A stretch of DNA of 64,000 nucleotides from Candidatus Shapirobacteria bacterium (GCA_041659325.1 JBAZYN010000001.1:366819-430818), one strand, 5' to 3'. Shown: positions 18,559 through 30,458, counted from the stretch's first letter. Numbers and translations: made by a program. Notes: a model not told the origin generated them from the sequence alone.

Positions 18559-19795
18559 AATCATAAATGGTGTCGATATCGGCACCACTAAAATTACGAC
18601 TATAATAGGACAATATTTTGAAAATGAAGATCGCTTTAATGTCGTCGCTGTTTCCTCTATCCCAAGCCTGGGTTTTCGAAAAGGACAAATTATCGACCTA
18701 GACCAAGCCACTCAAACCATTACACAAAGTATAGAATCTGCCGAGCGAATGGCTGGTTTTCAAATTAATGATGCTTGTGTCTCTATCGCTGCCAGCCACA
18801 TTGAATCCATAAATTCCCAGGGGGTCGTTGCCATCAGCGCCCAAAACGGCGAGATTGAACCGTCTGACATTGAAAGAGTAGTAGAGGCAGCAAAGGCCGT
18901 TTCTTTACCAGCCGGCAAGGAAATCATTCATGTTATTCCCCATATCTACACTGTTGACGGCCAAGAGGGAATCGTTGATCCGGTCGGAATGAACGGGATT
19001 AGACTCGAAGTGGAAGCCCACATAATTGTTGCCAGTAGCCCGGCTATCAAAAACCTTAAAAAATGTTTTACCGATATTGGAATCAATATTAATTCGCTCG
19101 TTTTCTCAGGGCTTTCAACAGCAAAAGCCGCTCTGACACCGACAGAAAAAGAACTTGGGGTGGCTCTTGTAGACATTGGGGGTACCATAACCACCATCAC
19201 AATATTCAGCGAAAGCGCTCCCGTCTATTCCGCGGTCATCCCCATCGGAGCAAACAATGTCACTAATGACCTTGCTATCGGATTACGTTTCTCCCTTGAA
19301 GACGCGGAAAAAATAAAATTAAAATTAGCAAAAATTATCGAAACCAAAAAGTACGAAAATGAGATTGAGCTTTCCCATTTCGGTATATTAAATGATGAAA
19401 AGAAGAAGATATCAATCCAAACTGCTGTTTCCGGCATTATAAAGCCGAGACTAGAAGAAATATTTAGCCTTATTTACAATGAAATCGGTAAAAGTGGTTT
19501 TCAAGAATCAATCCCGGCAGGGATAGTCTTGACCGGCGGTGGCGCTCTGACAGTAAATGCCAAAGACATATGTTCAAAAATCATTCCCTTGCCACTTCGT
19601 ATCTCCGAGCCACCTAAAGTCGGCGGCATCGTTGATGACATAATAAACCCATCCTTTACCAGTTCTGTCGGACTCCTTATGTATCATCTTGAAGAAAGTA
19701 AAAAAAATAATTTCTCCACCCTTAAGAAAATCAAAAAACCATCTATAAACCTCTTCGCCAAGATTAAAAGTTTACTGGAACCGATTCTACCTTAG
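18542..19795 (+). CDS. ftsA: Cell division protein FtsA
   Basis: [29 protein letters not shown]. Confidence 0.95.
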   Translation: MQQHSKIINGVDIGTTKITTIIGQYFENEDRFNVVAVSSIPSLGFRKGQIIDLDQATQTITQSIESAERMAGFQINDACVSIAASHIESINSQGVVAISAQNGEIEPSDIERVVEAAKAVSLPAGKEIIHVIPHIYTVDGQEGIVDPVGMNGIRLEVEAHIIVASSPAIKNLKKCFTDIGININSLVFSGLSTAKAALTPTEKELGVALVDIGGTITTITIFSESAPVYSAVIPIGANNVTNDLAIGLRFSLEDAEKIKLKLAKIIETKKYENEIELSHFGILNDEKKKISIQTAVSGIIKPRLEEIFSLIYNEIGKSGFQESIPAGIVLTGGGALTVNAKDICSKIIPLPLRISEPPKVGGIVDDIINPSFTSSVGLLMYHLEESKKNNFSTLKKIKKPSINLFAKIKSLLEPILP

Positions 19796-19803
19796 GTAAT
19801 TTT

Positions 19804-20946
19804 ATGGGTCTTATAAGAACGCTAAACGGGCAGTTTGCTAAAATTAAAGTTATCGGAGTCGGGGGTGGTGGTAATAATGCCATAAACTCCATAATTTCTG
19901 ATGATAGTATCAAGGGAGTAGAATTTATTGCCGTAAATACCGATTCACAAGTCCTCCTAAACTCTCAGGCATCGATTAGAATTCAAATCGGTGAAAAACT
20001 TACCAAAGGTTTGGGTGCCGGCGGCAATCCACAAATCGGCCAACAAGCCGCTGAAGAATCAAGAGAAAGAATCAAGGAAGCTTTGGCTGACACCGACATG
20101 GTCTTTATAACCGGAGGTATGGGAGGAGGAACTTGTACCGGTGCCGCTCCCGTCATTGCCCAAATAGCCAAAAAAGAACTAGGAATCCTGACCATTGCCG
20201 TAGTTACCAAGCCATTCCTCTTTGAAGGTAGCCGAAGAATGACCAACGCTGAAGACGGAATTACGGAACTTAGAGAAAACGTTGATACTTTAATTGTAAT
20301 TCCAAACCAAAAAGTTATGGATGTAGTCAACAGTAAAACATCCTTGCTCGAAGCCTTCAAAATCGCCGACTCGGTCTTGAACAAAGGCACAAAAGCTATT
20401 GCCGATCTCATCACCGTTCCCGGACTTATTAACCTCGACTTTGCTGACATAAAGTCCGTCATGAGCAACGCCGGATCGGCTCTTATGGGGGTCGGAGAAG
20501 CGCAGGGCGAACAAAAAGCAAAAGAAGCCGTGGAAGCTGCTATTGATTCACCCCTCGTTGACGTTGATATAAATGGTGCCAGGGGAGTTTTGATCAATAT
20601 CACCGGAGGACCTGATCTGACGATGGCTGAAATTGAGGAATCAGCAAAAACCATTACCGAACATACCTCACCAGAGGCAAACATTATTTTCGGAGCCACA
20701 GTCGATCCCGACTACAAAGACAAAATCAAAGTTACCGTAATCGCCACCGGTTTTGATACTAGCCGATCAAGAATCTACTCATCGCCAAAAGTTGTATCGC
20801 CGTTAAAACAACAAACCTTACCCACAGAACATCCCCCCGCCGCCAACCCACAAATCCAAAAGATACTTGAAGGCCAGGAAATCCCAAAAGGTATCGATAT
20901 TACTGATGAGTACGACATTCCGGCCTTTCTTAGGAAAAATAAATGA
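19804..20946 (+). CDS. ftsZ: Cell division protein FtsZ
   Basis: [25 protein letters not shown]-terminal DIPAFLR. Confidence 0.98.
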   Translation: MGLIRTLNGQFAKIKVIGVGGGGNNAINSIISDDSIKGVEFIAVNTDSQVLLNSQASIRIQIGEKLTKGLGAGGNPQIGQQAAEESRERIKEALADTDMVFITGGMGGGTCTGAAPVIAQIAKKELGILTIAVVTKPFLFEGSRRMTNAEDGITELRENVDTLIVIPNQKVMDVVNSKTSLLEAFKIADSVLNKGTKAIADLITVPGLINLDFADIKSVMSNAGSALMGVGEAQGEQKAKEAVEAAIDSPLVDVDINGARGVLINITGGPDLTMAEIEESAKTITEHTSPEANIIFGATVDPDYKDKIKVTVIATGFDTSRSRIYSSPKVVSPLKQQTLPTEHPPAANPQIQKILEGQEIPKGIDITDEYDIPAFLRKNK

Positions 20947-21938
20947 TCAATAAAAATTGGTTGCCGGTATTAATAACCCTTTGTATCTTGATGTCCATTA
21001 ATTTATTGATGGTCAGTTCTCTCGCCCCGGTCTATCTTTTCCGACAAATATTGGCCTGGGTAATCGGTATACTTCTTTTTTTTGTCGGAAAACAAATCAA
21101 CCCCAAAATAATGAGTATCTCAAAATTTCCGATATTCATTGTTTGCTGTTTCCTACTCGTGGTCCCGATTATTCTCAACAATATCACCCGAGGTTCCCGA
21201 AGATGGATTGATCTTGGTTTTACCTCGATTCAACCCTCAGAAATTGTAAAGCCATGGTTAATGATAAATTTAGCCAATTCCGCTCTTCCGTTTACTCATG
21301 CCATCCCGGTTGCAATTGTTATGGCCCAACCTGATCTCGGCAGTGCCATCTCTATTTTGTTTCTCATGATCCCAGTTGTTCTTTTCAACAAAAAACTAAT
21401 AAAAATATCGATCGTTTTGGGAATAATCGCGCTAGCAGTTTCACCGATTATTTATAAATATGTGCTTCATGACTATCAAAGAGATCGTATCATTAATTTT
21501 ATCAACCCAAACCAAGACCCTCTGGGTAAAGGCTATAATGTTATTCAGTCAAAAATAGCCATAGGTTCAGGAGGAATCTGGGGGAAAGGCTACAAAAAGG
21601 GAACTCAGGGGCAACTTCTTTTCCTGCCCGAAAAACACACCGATTTTATGTTTTCGGCCACCGCCGAAGAACTTGGGCTTTTGGGAGTAATAATTCTTCT
21701 GACTTCTTATTACATTCTCATAAACACCCTCATCAAAAAAGCTTTCGCTTCAAAAAATAAAGTTGGTCTCATTTTTACTCTCGGAATAACTATCCAAATA
21801 TGGCTACAAACAGTAGTCAACATTGGCATGAATATTGGCCTCCTGCCAGTTACCGGAATACCGCTGCCTTTTATTTCTGTTGGCGGATCATCGCTGATTT
21901 CATATTTATTTTCCCTGGGAATCATCTATTCATCCTAA
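20943..21938 (+). CDS. rodA: SEDS protein RodA
   Basis: [38 protein letters not shown]. Confidence 0.9.
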   Translation: MINKNWLPVLITLCILMSINLLMVSSLAPVYLFRQILAWVIGILLFFVGKQINPKIMSISKFPIFIVCCFLLVVPIILNNITRGSRRWIDLGFTSIQPSEIVKPWLMINLANSALPFTHAIPVAIVMAQPDLGSAISILFLMIPVVLFNKKLIKISIVLGIIALAVSPIIYKYVLHDYQRDRIINFINPNQDPLGKGYNVIQSKIAIGSGGIWGKGYKKGTQGQLLFLPEKHTDFMFSATAEELGLLGVIILLTSYYILINTLIKKAFASKNKVGLIFTLGITIQIWLQTVVNIGMNIGLLPVTGIPLPFISVGGSSLISYLFSLGIIYSS

Positions 21939-21991
21939 AAGCGAATAATTAGTACTGGATAGTTAACTCCTATATGCTATAATCAAAAAGT

Positions 21992-22306
21992 ATGAAATAC
22001 GCGGTTATTGCCATTTCTGGCACACAATTCAAAGTCGAAGAAAATAAGACTATCACCATTGACAACCTCGATGCCAAAGAAGGCGATATGCTAACTTCAG
22101 ACCAGGTTCTTTTAACCGTCGACGGAGACAAAGTCACCGTCGGGACCCCCATTGTAAAAAATGCTTCTATAGAATACGAAGTTCTCAAAAATTATCAGGG
22201 AAAGAAGCTAAAAGTGTTTACCTATAAGTCTAAATCCAGATACCACAAGACAAAAGGCTTCCGCCACCAATTAACTGATGTAAAAATCACCAAAATAACT
22301 TTTTAA
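21992..22306 (+). CDS. rplU: 50S ribosomal protein L21
   Basis: YAVI..GTQFKV; KTKGFRHQLT. Confidence 0.95.
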   Translation: MKYAVIAISGTQFKVEENKTITIDNLDAKEGDMLTSDQVLLTVDGDKVTVGTPIVKNASIEYEVLKNYQGKKLKVFTYKSKSRYHKTKGFRHQLTDVKITKITF

Positions 22307-22328
22307 CATAACATTAAACTCATAAACA

Positions 22329-22586
22329 ATGGCACACAAGGCGTCACAAGGAAAAACAAACCAAAAAGCAAACCGTCCCGGGCAAAGACGGGGGATTAAA
22401 GTTTTTGGTGACCAAAAAATTGCCGTCGGTCAAATTATCGTAAGACAGGTTGGCAGCAAATTTCACATCGGTGAGGGAACCAAACTCGGAAAAGATTTCA
22501 CCGTCTATGCAGGAAGACCCGGTATTGTAAAATACTATTCTAAATACGGCAAAAAATATGTGTCGGTTGTAAAGGCCAAAAACTGA
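22329..22586 (+). CDS. rpmA: 50S ribosomal protein L27
   Basis: MAHKAS.., IIVRQ.G, GKDFTVYA; follows rplU. Confidence 0.95.
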   Translation: MAHKASQGKTNQKANRPGQRRGIKVFGDQKIAVGQIIVRQVGSKFHIGEGTKLGKDFTVYAGRPGIVKYYSKYGKKYVSVVKAKN

Positions 22587-22646
22587 TTTAGTCTGTTCTA
22601 TTTTCACTCACTTTTTTCACGGGCAGTTTCATAGTAACCTTACTCT

Positions 22647-23501
22647 ATGAAACCAGTGACTCAAATTGCGACCAACCAGTTGGAACCAAACCCTCTTCAA
22701 CCCCGGGGGGTAATCAGTCCCGATTCAATTTCTGAGCTTATCGACTCGATTAAGGAACACGGCATTCTGGAACCTCTAATTATCGCCAAAACACCGGCCG
22801 GATTTCAGATAATTGCCGGGGAAAGGCGATGGCGCGCCGCCAGATATTTAAAACTCGAATACGTTCCGGCTATTATCAAAGAAACTAGCCCCCAACAAAT
22901 GTTGGAAATGGCTATCGTTGAAAATGTCCAACGCAAAGATCTCAATCCTATCGAACGGGCCAAGGCCTTTCATCGTCTCAAAGAAGAATTTAACCTGGAC
23001 AACCACCAGATTGCCAAAAGAGTCAGCAAAAGTATCCCCTATGTCATAAACGTTTTAAAACTCCTTACCCTCCCGGACGCCCTCAAAGACGGTCTGCTGT
23101 CCGGATTGATAAGCGAAGGTCACGCAAGAGCATTATCAGGTATCGGCGACACTAGACTTATGATTGAGGGTTATAAAATTGTTCTCAAAGAAAAAGCCTC
23201 TGTTCGTCGGGCCGAAGATATTGCCAGAAGGATGAGAAAAAAAATCGAAGAAGGCACCATCCCCATTAACAAAGAAAACCTGCCTCAGTTTTTAAAGTCT
23301 AAACTCGATAATATCAGCACCGACCTGGAAACAAGTTTCCGCGACAAACTGGCAAAGGTAAAAATCACTCAAACCAATATCCTAACCAAAGTTACTTTCC
23401 AATTCCGTGGACCAATTGATCAGCGATACCAAAATCTCCGGACTCTCTACAAACAAATCTGCGCAAAAGATATCCAGGAAGAAAACAAACCCGAAAATTA
23501 A
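22647..23501 (+). CDS. parB: ParB/Spo0J partition protein
   Basis: PNPLQPR, IIAGERRWRA, ENVQRKDL. Confidence 0.92.
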   Translation: MKPVTQIATNQLEPNPLQPRGVISPDSISELIDSIKEHGILEPLIIAKTPAGFQIIAGERRWRAARYLKLEYVPAIIKETSPQQMLEMAIVENVQRKDLNPIERAKAFHRLKEEFNLDNHQIAKRVSKSIPYVINVLKLLTLPDALKDGLLSGLISEGHARALSGIGDTRLMIEGYKIVLKEKASVRRAEDIARRMRKKIEEGTIPINKENLPQFLKSKLDNISTDLETSFRDKLAKVKITQTNILTKVTFQFRGPIDQRYQNLRTLYKQICAKDIQEENKPEN

Positions 23502-24088
23502 AACCTGACCGCCGGAACAAAACCAAGTTTATCCAGTGGTTTGTAGATAAAAAATGCTTTCCCGATTATCAGCTCTTTTTTAATCGGGCCAAACTCCCTG
23601 CCGTCTCTGGAATGCGACCTGTTATCACCAAAACACAAATAATGCCCGGCCGGGACAGTCACTTCAACTCCCTCCACGCTATATGATCCGGCCGATGTCA
23701 CATAATCATCAGGCAAAAAATCCTGCTTTAAAAAACTACCATTAAGATATACCTGCCCACCGGAGACCTTTATCCTGTCGCCGGGAATCCCGATAATTCT
23801 TTTAATATACTCACACTCATCCTCAGCACACGGCTCCGATGGGGGAGCCTTAAAGACCACCACATCACCCCTTTTTGGATCAGAAAATTGGTATGTCACC
23901 TTGTCCGTCAGCAAATATTCCCTGTCCAAAAAGTTGGGCACCATCGAATTTCCCTTAACTTCATTCGGCTGGGCCACAAAAAGATACAGTAACACAAAAA
24001 CGGATAAGGCCAATACAATCGATTGGACAAACTCTAAAATAAAATTACCAACTGAAAAACCATTTTGCAATCTAAAATTAATCCTCAT
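23498..24088 (-). CDS. lepB: Signal peptidase I
   Basis: GNSMVP, RGDVVVF, YIKRIIG, GDNRSHSRDGR; start chosen by TAAACT 7 nt upstream. Confidence 0.92.
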   Translation of the reverse strand: MRINFRLQNGFSVGNFILEFVQSIVLALSVFVLLYLFVAQPNEVKGNSMVPNFLDREYLLTDKVTYQFSDPKRGDVVVFKAPPSEPCAEDECEYIKRIIGIPGDRIKVSGGQVYLNGSFLKQDFLPDDYVTSAGSYSVEGVEVTVPAGHYLCFGDNRSHSRDGREFGPIKKELIIGKAFFIYKPLDKLGFVPAVRF

Positions 24089-24130
24089 GAGCTTAAGTTT
24101 ATCCTCAAACATTGATATAATCAAGGCATC

Positions 24131-24204
24131 GGTTGTTTAGCTCAGTTGGTTAGAGCGCATCGTTCACATCGATGAGGTCAGAGGTCCGAGTCCTCTAACA
24201 ACCA
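24131..24204 (+). tRNA. tRNA-Val(CAC)
   Basis: Acceptor ggttgtt/aacaacc; anticodon arm catcg-ttCACat-cgatg. Confidence 0.93.
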
Positions 24205-24307
24205 CCCAAATCCGACTGTAGACATCTCTGCCCCACTACTCCCACAAAACTATTCCTTTCACCGGTCAATCCCCCCCCAATTAACCGAATTATGCTAAAT
24301 TTAATCA

Positions 24308-24967
24308 ATGAAAATTCATTTGAAGATACTGTTTTCCCTGTTTTTATTTCTGGCTTTTTTAATCATCTTAGAGCCATATCTTCCGAAATTTCTTTCAAAA
24401 CAAAACCTAATCAATCCGGGCACTATCAAAGACGACTATGATAAAAATGCAAAAATTGCCATATTTAACAATCAAATTCTCTCCCCACCCCACGACTCCC
24501 CACCAACAAAGCTAGCAAACATTTTGGGTGATACAAACGAGTACAAAAGAATCGAAGTCGATTTAACCGCTCAAAGGGTTTATGCCTACGAAGGTAACCG
24601 CCAGGTCTATAATTTCCTGATCTCATCAGGCTCGTGGGACAGAACTCCAACCGGTACCTTTCGGATATGGACAAAAATTAGATCACAAAAAATGTCCGGC
24701 GGCTCAAAGGCGCTAGGAACTTATTATTATCTTCCGAATGTCCCATATATCATGTTTTTTTATAACGAAAAAACATCAAAGGCTATGGGCTACAGTTTTC
24801 ACGGAACTTACTGGCACAACAATTTTGGCGTACCCATGTCCCACGGTTGTATCAACATGAAAACACCCGAGGCCGCTCAATTATTCTCCTGGGCAGAAGT
24901 AGGGACACCAGTTACTATATCCGGAAAATATCAAACAGTCCTCCCCAAAGCACACGAAAAAAGCTAG
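24308..24967 (+). CDS. L,D-transpeptidase (YkuD family)
   Basis: [28 protein letters not shown]; N-terminal TM. Confidence 0.9.
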   Translation: MKIHLKILFSLFLFLAFLIILEPYLPKFLSKQNLINPGTIKDDYDKNAKIAIFNNQILSPPHDSPPTKLANILGDTNEYKRIEVDLTAQRVYAYEGNRQVYNFLISSGSWDRTPTGTFRIWTKIRSQKMSGGSKALGTYYYLPNVPYIMFFYNEKTSKAMGYSFHGTYWHNNFGVPMSHGCINMKTPEAAQLFSWAEVGTPVTISGKYQTVLPKAHEKS

Positions 24968-24968
24968 T

Positions 24969-27488
24969 TTATTTTATCTCTTTTGCCAACCGCGATATCA
25001 AAACCGAATCGAAAACTGAAACATAATTCGATTTTTTGAGATCAACCCCCATCTTTCCATAGACCTCTATCATTTTTTCATAATTTTGCGCCCCCAACAG
25101 GCTTAGACTGGCTCTTTTATTTAACAAACTATCAACTAATTTAACCTCAAAGCCACTACCCTTGTATAAAAAGGATGCCATCAGCCTATTATTTATTTTT
25201 TGGCCATAAATTGCCATATAGGAACGAAGATAACCGATTACTCGCCCCGACACCCTGTCCTCGTTCGTCTGTCGTCTGAAATCAGTTAACCTCTCGTAAA
25301 ATAAATTCCAATTTTTTTTCTTGAATGCACCGTAAGCTGACAATAAACTCTTATTTTGCGGATATTTTAACTTCAATAATGTCAGATCCCGATCCATCAA
25401 TTCAAAAATGGTTACGCCATTTTCGGTACTTGAAGCAACCTCCATCTTCTCCATATCAACTTTTAATTTTATTTCCTGCCCTCCTTCAATCTCACCTTCA
25501 ATATATTCCCAACTTTCCGCCCCAGAGGTATCACCCCACACTAAATGATATTCACCGCCATCGGCAATCCCCGTTAAATTAATCTTACAAAACCTGTAAC
25601 TATCTCCCACCACGATAAATCCCATCTCATCCATATTAAGAGTATCTCCATCACAGTCAAGCGACATGGTAGCCGGAGAACCAATAAAGAAAATTTTTGC
25701 GTTGTCATGATAAAAATCTGAAACTATCCCTATCGGGACCCCCAGTTCTAGTTCAGTTAATATCCTATCAATCAACACAGACGGAAGAACCCCATGATCA
25801 GACACCACTTCATCATGTATATCTCCGGGGAACACCGCACTCCGAAGAAGTACGGTTCCATCACCATTCCCGTATTTCCATCCTACCGGATGACCATCGG
25901 GCCAAATTCCAAACGACCGATCAATGATATTTCTACAAGTCAAGTTTATCCACTCTTCGGTTGATTTGCCAACCCCGGTCATTGCCTTAAATGGTAAAAA
26001 TATCGAGCTTGACCCGGCATTTTTCTGAGATAAATATTGATTCACCGTGCCCAACTCAGAGCAGGGAACAGATACATTATTCTTCTTGATAAAATCAAAA
26101 GTAGGCAAAATATCTTTCAAAACCGGAGCGTAACCTCTGATAGTTTCCAACTTAGTTTGATAGTTTTTTTTCTGAAGTTGGACCAATACGTTTAAAGCAA
26201 TATTATCCGGGCTAAAACCCTCTCCAATCTTTGCCCCGCTCCAAACATCATATGCCTTAACCGCGCCAAAGTGAGGACTGCCTAAACTTATAACTCTCCC
26301 CAACGACAAACTATCGCGATGATCCTGAGTCCATATCCGCGCGACTAACCCACCCAGACTATGACCTATCAAGTCCACCTTTTCTCCATCAGATATTTTT
26401 CCCGCAATAAAATTATTTAATTCCTCAACAATTTCGGAAACCGGCCGTCTCCAATCATAATTCCACACGAATAAATCCTCGTTTTCAACAAAACCTTTAT
26501 TCTTTAGCGCCAAAATTAAATTATCGTAGTTCCTTACAAAGGGGGTCATTCCCCATTCGCTATTTCCAACCGTTTTGTTGTATACCATCGCCTCTGAATT
26601 CCAACTCGCCCCTAATCCCGGGATAATTATAATTTTGTGTCGTGTGGTCGGTGTCGGAGTTGGTATTTCTGTCGGAGTTGCTGTGGGGGTTGGAGTACTG
26701 GTAGGTATTAACGTTGGAGTTAGTGTGGGCGTAGGAACTAGGGTAGAAGTCGGCGTAGGTGTTAAAGTTGAAGTAGGTGTGGGTGTCGATGTCTCCGTCG
26801 GAATAACAGTTGGAGTTTGTATATATATTTTTACACTGTCAATTTCAATTTGAGACCAACTTGTGTAATTCCCAAGTCGATTTCCAAACCAAATATTACT
26901 TGGAATACACTGTCCGCCATTTGAGCGATAAATAAATACATCGTTTATGGATACATCATAACTTGAACCCACTCCCAATATTTTTAAAGTATTCCAATCA
27001 TTTTTTGACAGACTAATCCTAGGGATAAGCACCCTACCGGCAAGATCATTTACCGCTTGAAAATTAACACAACCGTTCGTTCGGTCATAGAAATCATTAT
27101 AGTAAAACGCATCACCATTTATTGAAGAGTCACTCCATATTCCAAATTGAGAGTAGTTTCTACCGTCTAGTCCAGTATAACCAATTCCGATACCCACCCC
27201 AGAAGCACGTGAATCGGGAAACCTAAAAATAACCTCCATTCCGTAATCGAATGATGCCGGAAAAACGACTGCTGAATTTCCAATGACGTAAGGGAAAGAG
27301 GTTGATGTACTATACAAACCAAGTTTACCATCAACCTTAATCCAGCCATTGTTTTCTTGAAATGTCCAATTTTCTTCATTTTTTACATCAAAACTATCAT
27401 AAAATACGTCATTAGCAAAACAACGGGTGGAAAAAGTCGATGATAATATTAATAAAAAAAAGCCAACACTTAGTATTTTATTTAACAT
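24969..27488 (-). CDS. Secreted multidomain alpha/beta hydrolase (lipase/LCAT-like) with Pro/Thr linker
   Basis: Signal peptide; PT-rich linker; IIIPGLGAS, GHSLGG nucleophile elbow, GDGTV. Confidence 0.75.
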   Translation of the reverse strand: MLNKILSVGFFLLILSSTFSTRCFANDVFYDSFDVKNEENWTFQENNGWIKVDGKLGLYSTSTSFPYVIGNSAVVFPASFDYGMEVIFRFPDSRASGVGIGIGYTGLDGRNYSQFGIWSDSSINGDAFYYNDFYDRTNGCVNFQAVNDLAGRVLIPRISLSKNDWNTLKILGVGSSYDVSINDVFIYRSNGGQCIPSNIWFGNRLGNYTSWSQIEIDSVKIYIQTPTVIPTETSTPTPTSTLTPTPTSTLVPTPTLTPTLIPTSTPTPTATPTEIPTPTPTTRHKIIIIPGLGASWNSEAMVYNKTVGNSEWGMTPFVRNYDNLILALKNKGFVENEDLFVWNYDWRRPVSEIVEELNNFIAGKISDGEKVDLIGHSLGGLVARIWTQDHRDSLSLGRVISLGSPHFGAVKAYDVWSGAKIGEGFSPDNIALNVLVQLQKKNYQTKLETIRGYAPVLKDILPTFDFIKKNNVSVPCSELGTVNQYLSQKNAGSSSIFLPFKAMTGVGKSTEEWINLTCRNIIDRSFGIWPDGHPVGWKYGNGDGTVLLRSAVFPGDIHDEVVSDHGVLPSVLIDRILTELELGVPIGIVSDFYHDNAKIFFIGSPATMSLDCDGDTLNMDEMGFIVVGDSYRFCKINLTGIADGGEYHLVWGDTSGAESWEYIEGEIEGGQEIKLKVDMEKMEVASSTENGVTIFELMDRDLTLLKLKYPQNKSLLSAYGAFKKKNWNLFYERLTDFRRQTNEDRVSGRVIGYLRSYMAIYGQKINNRLMASFLYKGSGFEVKLVDSLLNKRASLSLLGAQNYEKMIEVYGKMGVDLKKSNYVSVFDSVLISRLAKEIK

Positions 27489-27524
27489 AAAAAAATATTA
27501 ACTGACCAAACTATAAATAACAAT

Positions 27525-28622
27525 ATGAAAATCGCTGTATTTCACAATTTATACACAGGAGGTGCATTAAATTACATGAACAACCTCGTCAAATGTCTGT
27601 CTATACAAAATTCAGTCGATATATACTCTTTTCAAAAAACAACCCCAATTAATATAAAAAACGTAAAATACTACACATATGACTTAAACAAAACCAACAA
27701 CCTTTTTCAGCACCTATTCCAAGTTCTGGTTGAGTTGAGGATCAAAAACAAAATAATTGCAGAAAAGATAAATTCATCATCAAATTATGACCTAGTATTA
27801 ATATTCCCCTGCCTCATAACTCAATCTCCATTTCTACTAAGATACATCGATCAAAAAAAAATAAAAACCATCTACTTTTTTATGGAATCAAAAAGAGAAT
27901 TCTATGAAAAAACTACATATGACCACTGGTCTCTGAAGAGAATCATAGCCAGAATCATAAGGTGTCCAATCAAGCTCATAGATCTATCTAACTGTAAAAA
28001 ATCAAATATTATCGTATCTCTTTCTTGTTATTCATCGAATCTGTTGAAAAAAGTATATAAAAAAAAGTCATTCGTAATACATCCCGGTTTAATTAATATA
28101 AAACCAAAAACAAAATTTAAAAATAATAACCAACAATTTATCTCCGTTGGACTATTATCGGCAATAAAGGGTCATGATTTCTCGATACAACAAACTACAA
28201 AAAATAACTGCAATCTGCTGATTATTGGAAGAGAGAACAAAAATGAAATCATACCAACAAATTCGAGTAACACAAAAATTATACATACAGAAAACAATAA
28301 ACTAGTTTATAAATTAACCAAAAAAGCAACGTTTTTTCTCGCCAATCAAATTAACGAACCATTCGGAATTTCAACACTAGAGGCAAGTAGTTTAAATACT
28401 TTTGTGCTTGGCAAAAACGAAGGAGGTACACCAGAGATTGTAAGACACGGACTAAACGGCTTTTTATATCCTAGTAACCTCCCGCTTGCAATAAAAATAA
28501 CAAACAAATTTAAAAATATTAAACAACTTAGATATCAAAAAACATGTAAAATAAGTTGGAGTAAAACTACACACAACCTTCTTACCCTTTATCACCACCT
28601 AAAAAATGAGCCGACTGAATAA
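27525..28622 (+). CDS. GT4 glycosyltransferase
   Basis: GGA, KGHD, EPFGISTLEA, GGTPEIV; AT-rich. Confidence 0.85.
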   Translation: MKIAVFHNLYTGGALNYMNNLVKCLSIQNSVDIYSFQKTTPINIKNVKYYTYDLNKTNNLFQHLFQVLVELRIKNKIIAEKINSSSNYDLVLIFPCLITQSPFLLRYIDQKKIKTIYFFMESKREFYEKTTYDHWSLKRIIARIIRCPIKLIDLSNCKKSNIIVSLSCYSSNLLKKVYKKKSFVIHPGLINIKPKTKFKNNNQQFISVGLLSAIKGHDFSIQQTTKNNCNLLIIGRENKNEIIPTNSSNTKIIHTENNKLVYKLTKKATFFLANQINEPFGISTLEASSLNTFVLGKNEGGTPEIVRHGLNGFLYPSNLPLAIKITNKFKNIKQLRYQKTCKISWSKTTHNLLTLYHHLKNEPTE

Positions 28623-29394
28623 AAAAACACAAAATATTTCCCTTCTTCTTTTAACGAAAAACGAATCAGAAAATATAAAAATTAATTTTGACTGGCTTTC
28701 AGAATGTCCCACTATCAACGAGATAATCGTTGTTGACGATAACTCAACAGACGACACAAAGAAAATAATAAAATCACTCGAAACGAAAACTTTAACCGTC
28801 AAAATATTCAATAGGGGACTGGCAAACAATTTTTCGGCCCAAAGGAACTACGGCATTGAAAAAAGTAAAAATAACTGGATCCTATGGCTTGATGCTGACG
28901 AAAGACCAGACAACAAAATGATTAGCTTTCTTTCCTCCTTTGATTTTTCCGGCTCCAATTATTCTTTTGGACGAAACGACTTCTTTCTGGGCCACCAACT
29001 CAAACACGGAGAAACCGCTAATTTATCTTTTGTCAGACTGTTCGACAAAAAACATGGAACCTTTGTAAACCGAGTTCACGAAGTATGGAAATCCGACTTA
29101 CCAGTGAAACACACCAACTTTCACATTCTTCACCATCCTCACAAAACTTTTTACTCTTTCATCTCAAAAATAAATTTTTATACCACTATTCGCTCGCAAG
29201 AACTTTTCGATACTAAAGTAACCAGCAACATTTTTGAAATAATTTTCTATCCACTTGGTAAGTTTATCCAAAACTATATTCTACGCTTAGGACTACTTGA
29301 CGGAACCCCCGGAATCATTATGGCACTATCCATGAGCCTTCACTCATTCCTAGTCCGGGCAAAACTATGGCACTTGTATCAAACCTCTTATTAA
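28606..29394 (+). CDS. GT2 glycosyltransferase
   Basis: KNE, VVDDNSTD, FSAQRN, LDADE, RVHE. Confidence 0.88.
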   Translation: MSRLNKKTQNISLLLLTKNESENIKINFDWLSECPTINEIIVVDDNSTDDTKKIIKSLETKTLTVKIFNRGLANNFSAQRNYGIEKSKNNWILWLDADERPDNKMISFLSSFDFSGSNYSFGRNDFFLGHQLKHGETANLSFVRLFDKKHGTFVNRVHEVWKSDLPVKHTNFHILHHPHKTFYSFISKINFYTTIRSQELFDTKVTSNIFEIIFYPLGKFIQNYILRLGLLDGTPGIIMALSMSLHSFLVRAKLWHLYQTSY

Positions 29395-30458
29395 TCGCCA
29401 TCTGTATTACATTTTATTACGGCCAGCTTCTAAGAATCGACTTTCATGGTATCTCTATCCCCGTTATTGATGTCCTAATTGTTTTCCTCGCTTCTGCCAA
29501 TTTGGTCTACCTCTATCGCCAAAAAAAACTAACAATAGCAAACCGTCCTCTCTTTGTTTTTCTGGTAATCGCCGTAATTACCTTTATCCCTGCCTATTTT
29601 AAGTTTCAAAGTTTGTCTCTGAAACCGATTATGTATCTCATTAGGTTAATTTCAATTTTTTCATTGTCTATTTTTTCTCATAGTCCCAAAATTACCACAC
29701 CTCTCGCCAAAAAATTTTTCCTTATCTGCCTTTTCGCAAATATAATTTTTGGGATTATTCAGTATATTTTTTGGCCGGATTTAACCTTTTTCAAATCTCT
29801 TAATTGGGACCCCCATCTTAACCGACTAGTTAGTACATTTTTTGATCCAACTTTTACCGGAATAATTTATCTTATTTTTCTAATCACCATATTTTTAAAA
29901 GAACTCTTTCCATTCAAACTCCCGGTATTGGCAATTACCTACCTTGCTATCGCTCTTACCTACAGCCGTTCAACCTTTCTCGCCTTTTTTATTTCCTTTT
30001 TTTATATATCTATTAAAAAAAGGAACCCAAAGATAATTATTTTCGCCACCGCTCTTCTGATTACCACCATCGTTTGTCTCCCGCATCCACCCGGAGAAGG
30101 AACTAATCTCGAAAGAACATCCTCTATTAAAGCCAAAATTGAAAATTACCACGAGGGGATAACTACTTATCTTCGATCTCCCATCATTGGCCATGGCTAC
30201 AACTTTCTGTCTCTGGTAAGACGTCCGATTCCGCAAGAATCATCTCATTCGTCTTCGGGTTTCGATTCGAGTCTGTTAACTGTTTTGACTACCACCGGCC
30301 CGATTGGGCTAATTTTTTTTGTTCTCGGACTTAAAAAACTATTCGCAAATGGGAGTCTAACTACAAAAACCGCCCTGATTTCAATACTCATACACTCCTT
30401 GTTTGCAAACTCTCTTCTCTATCCTTGGGTAATAATCTGTCTGTATCTTATCGCCTAA
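29367..30458 (+). CDS. O-antigen ligase/polymerase-like membrane protein
   Basis: Multi-TM; RLVSTFFDP, LTYSRS, PIIGHG. Confidence 0.7.
   Translation: MALVSNLLLIAICITFYYGQLLRIDFHGISIPVIDVLIVFLASANLVYLYRQKKLTIANRPLFVFLVIAVITFIPAYFKFQSLSLKPIMYLIRLISIFSLSIFSHSPKITTPLAKKFFLICLFANIIFGIIQYIFWPDLTFFKSLNWDPHLNRLVSTFFDPTFTGIIYLIFLITIFLKELFPFKLPVLAITYLAIALTYSRSTFLAFFISFFYISIKKRNPKIIIFATALLITTIVCLPHPPGEGTNLERTSSIKAKIENYHEGITTYLRSPIIGHGYNFLSLVRRPIPQESSHSSSGFDSSLLTVLTTTGPIGLIFFVLGLKKLFANGSLTTKTALISILIHSLFANSLLYPWVIICLYLIA

Noticed and set aside
19983-20699. 238-aa antisense ORF
   Set aside because: It lies wholly opposite ftsZ and is a shadow frame with no recognisable motifs.
26640-26820. Repetitive GT-rich tract as a possible CRISPR array or VNTR
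   Set aside because: It encodes the Pro/Thr linker of the hydrolase with variable codons; there is no repeat-spacer structure and no cas gene.
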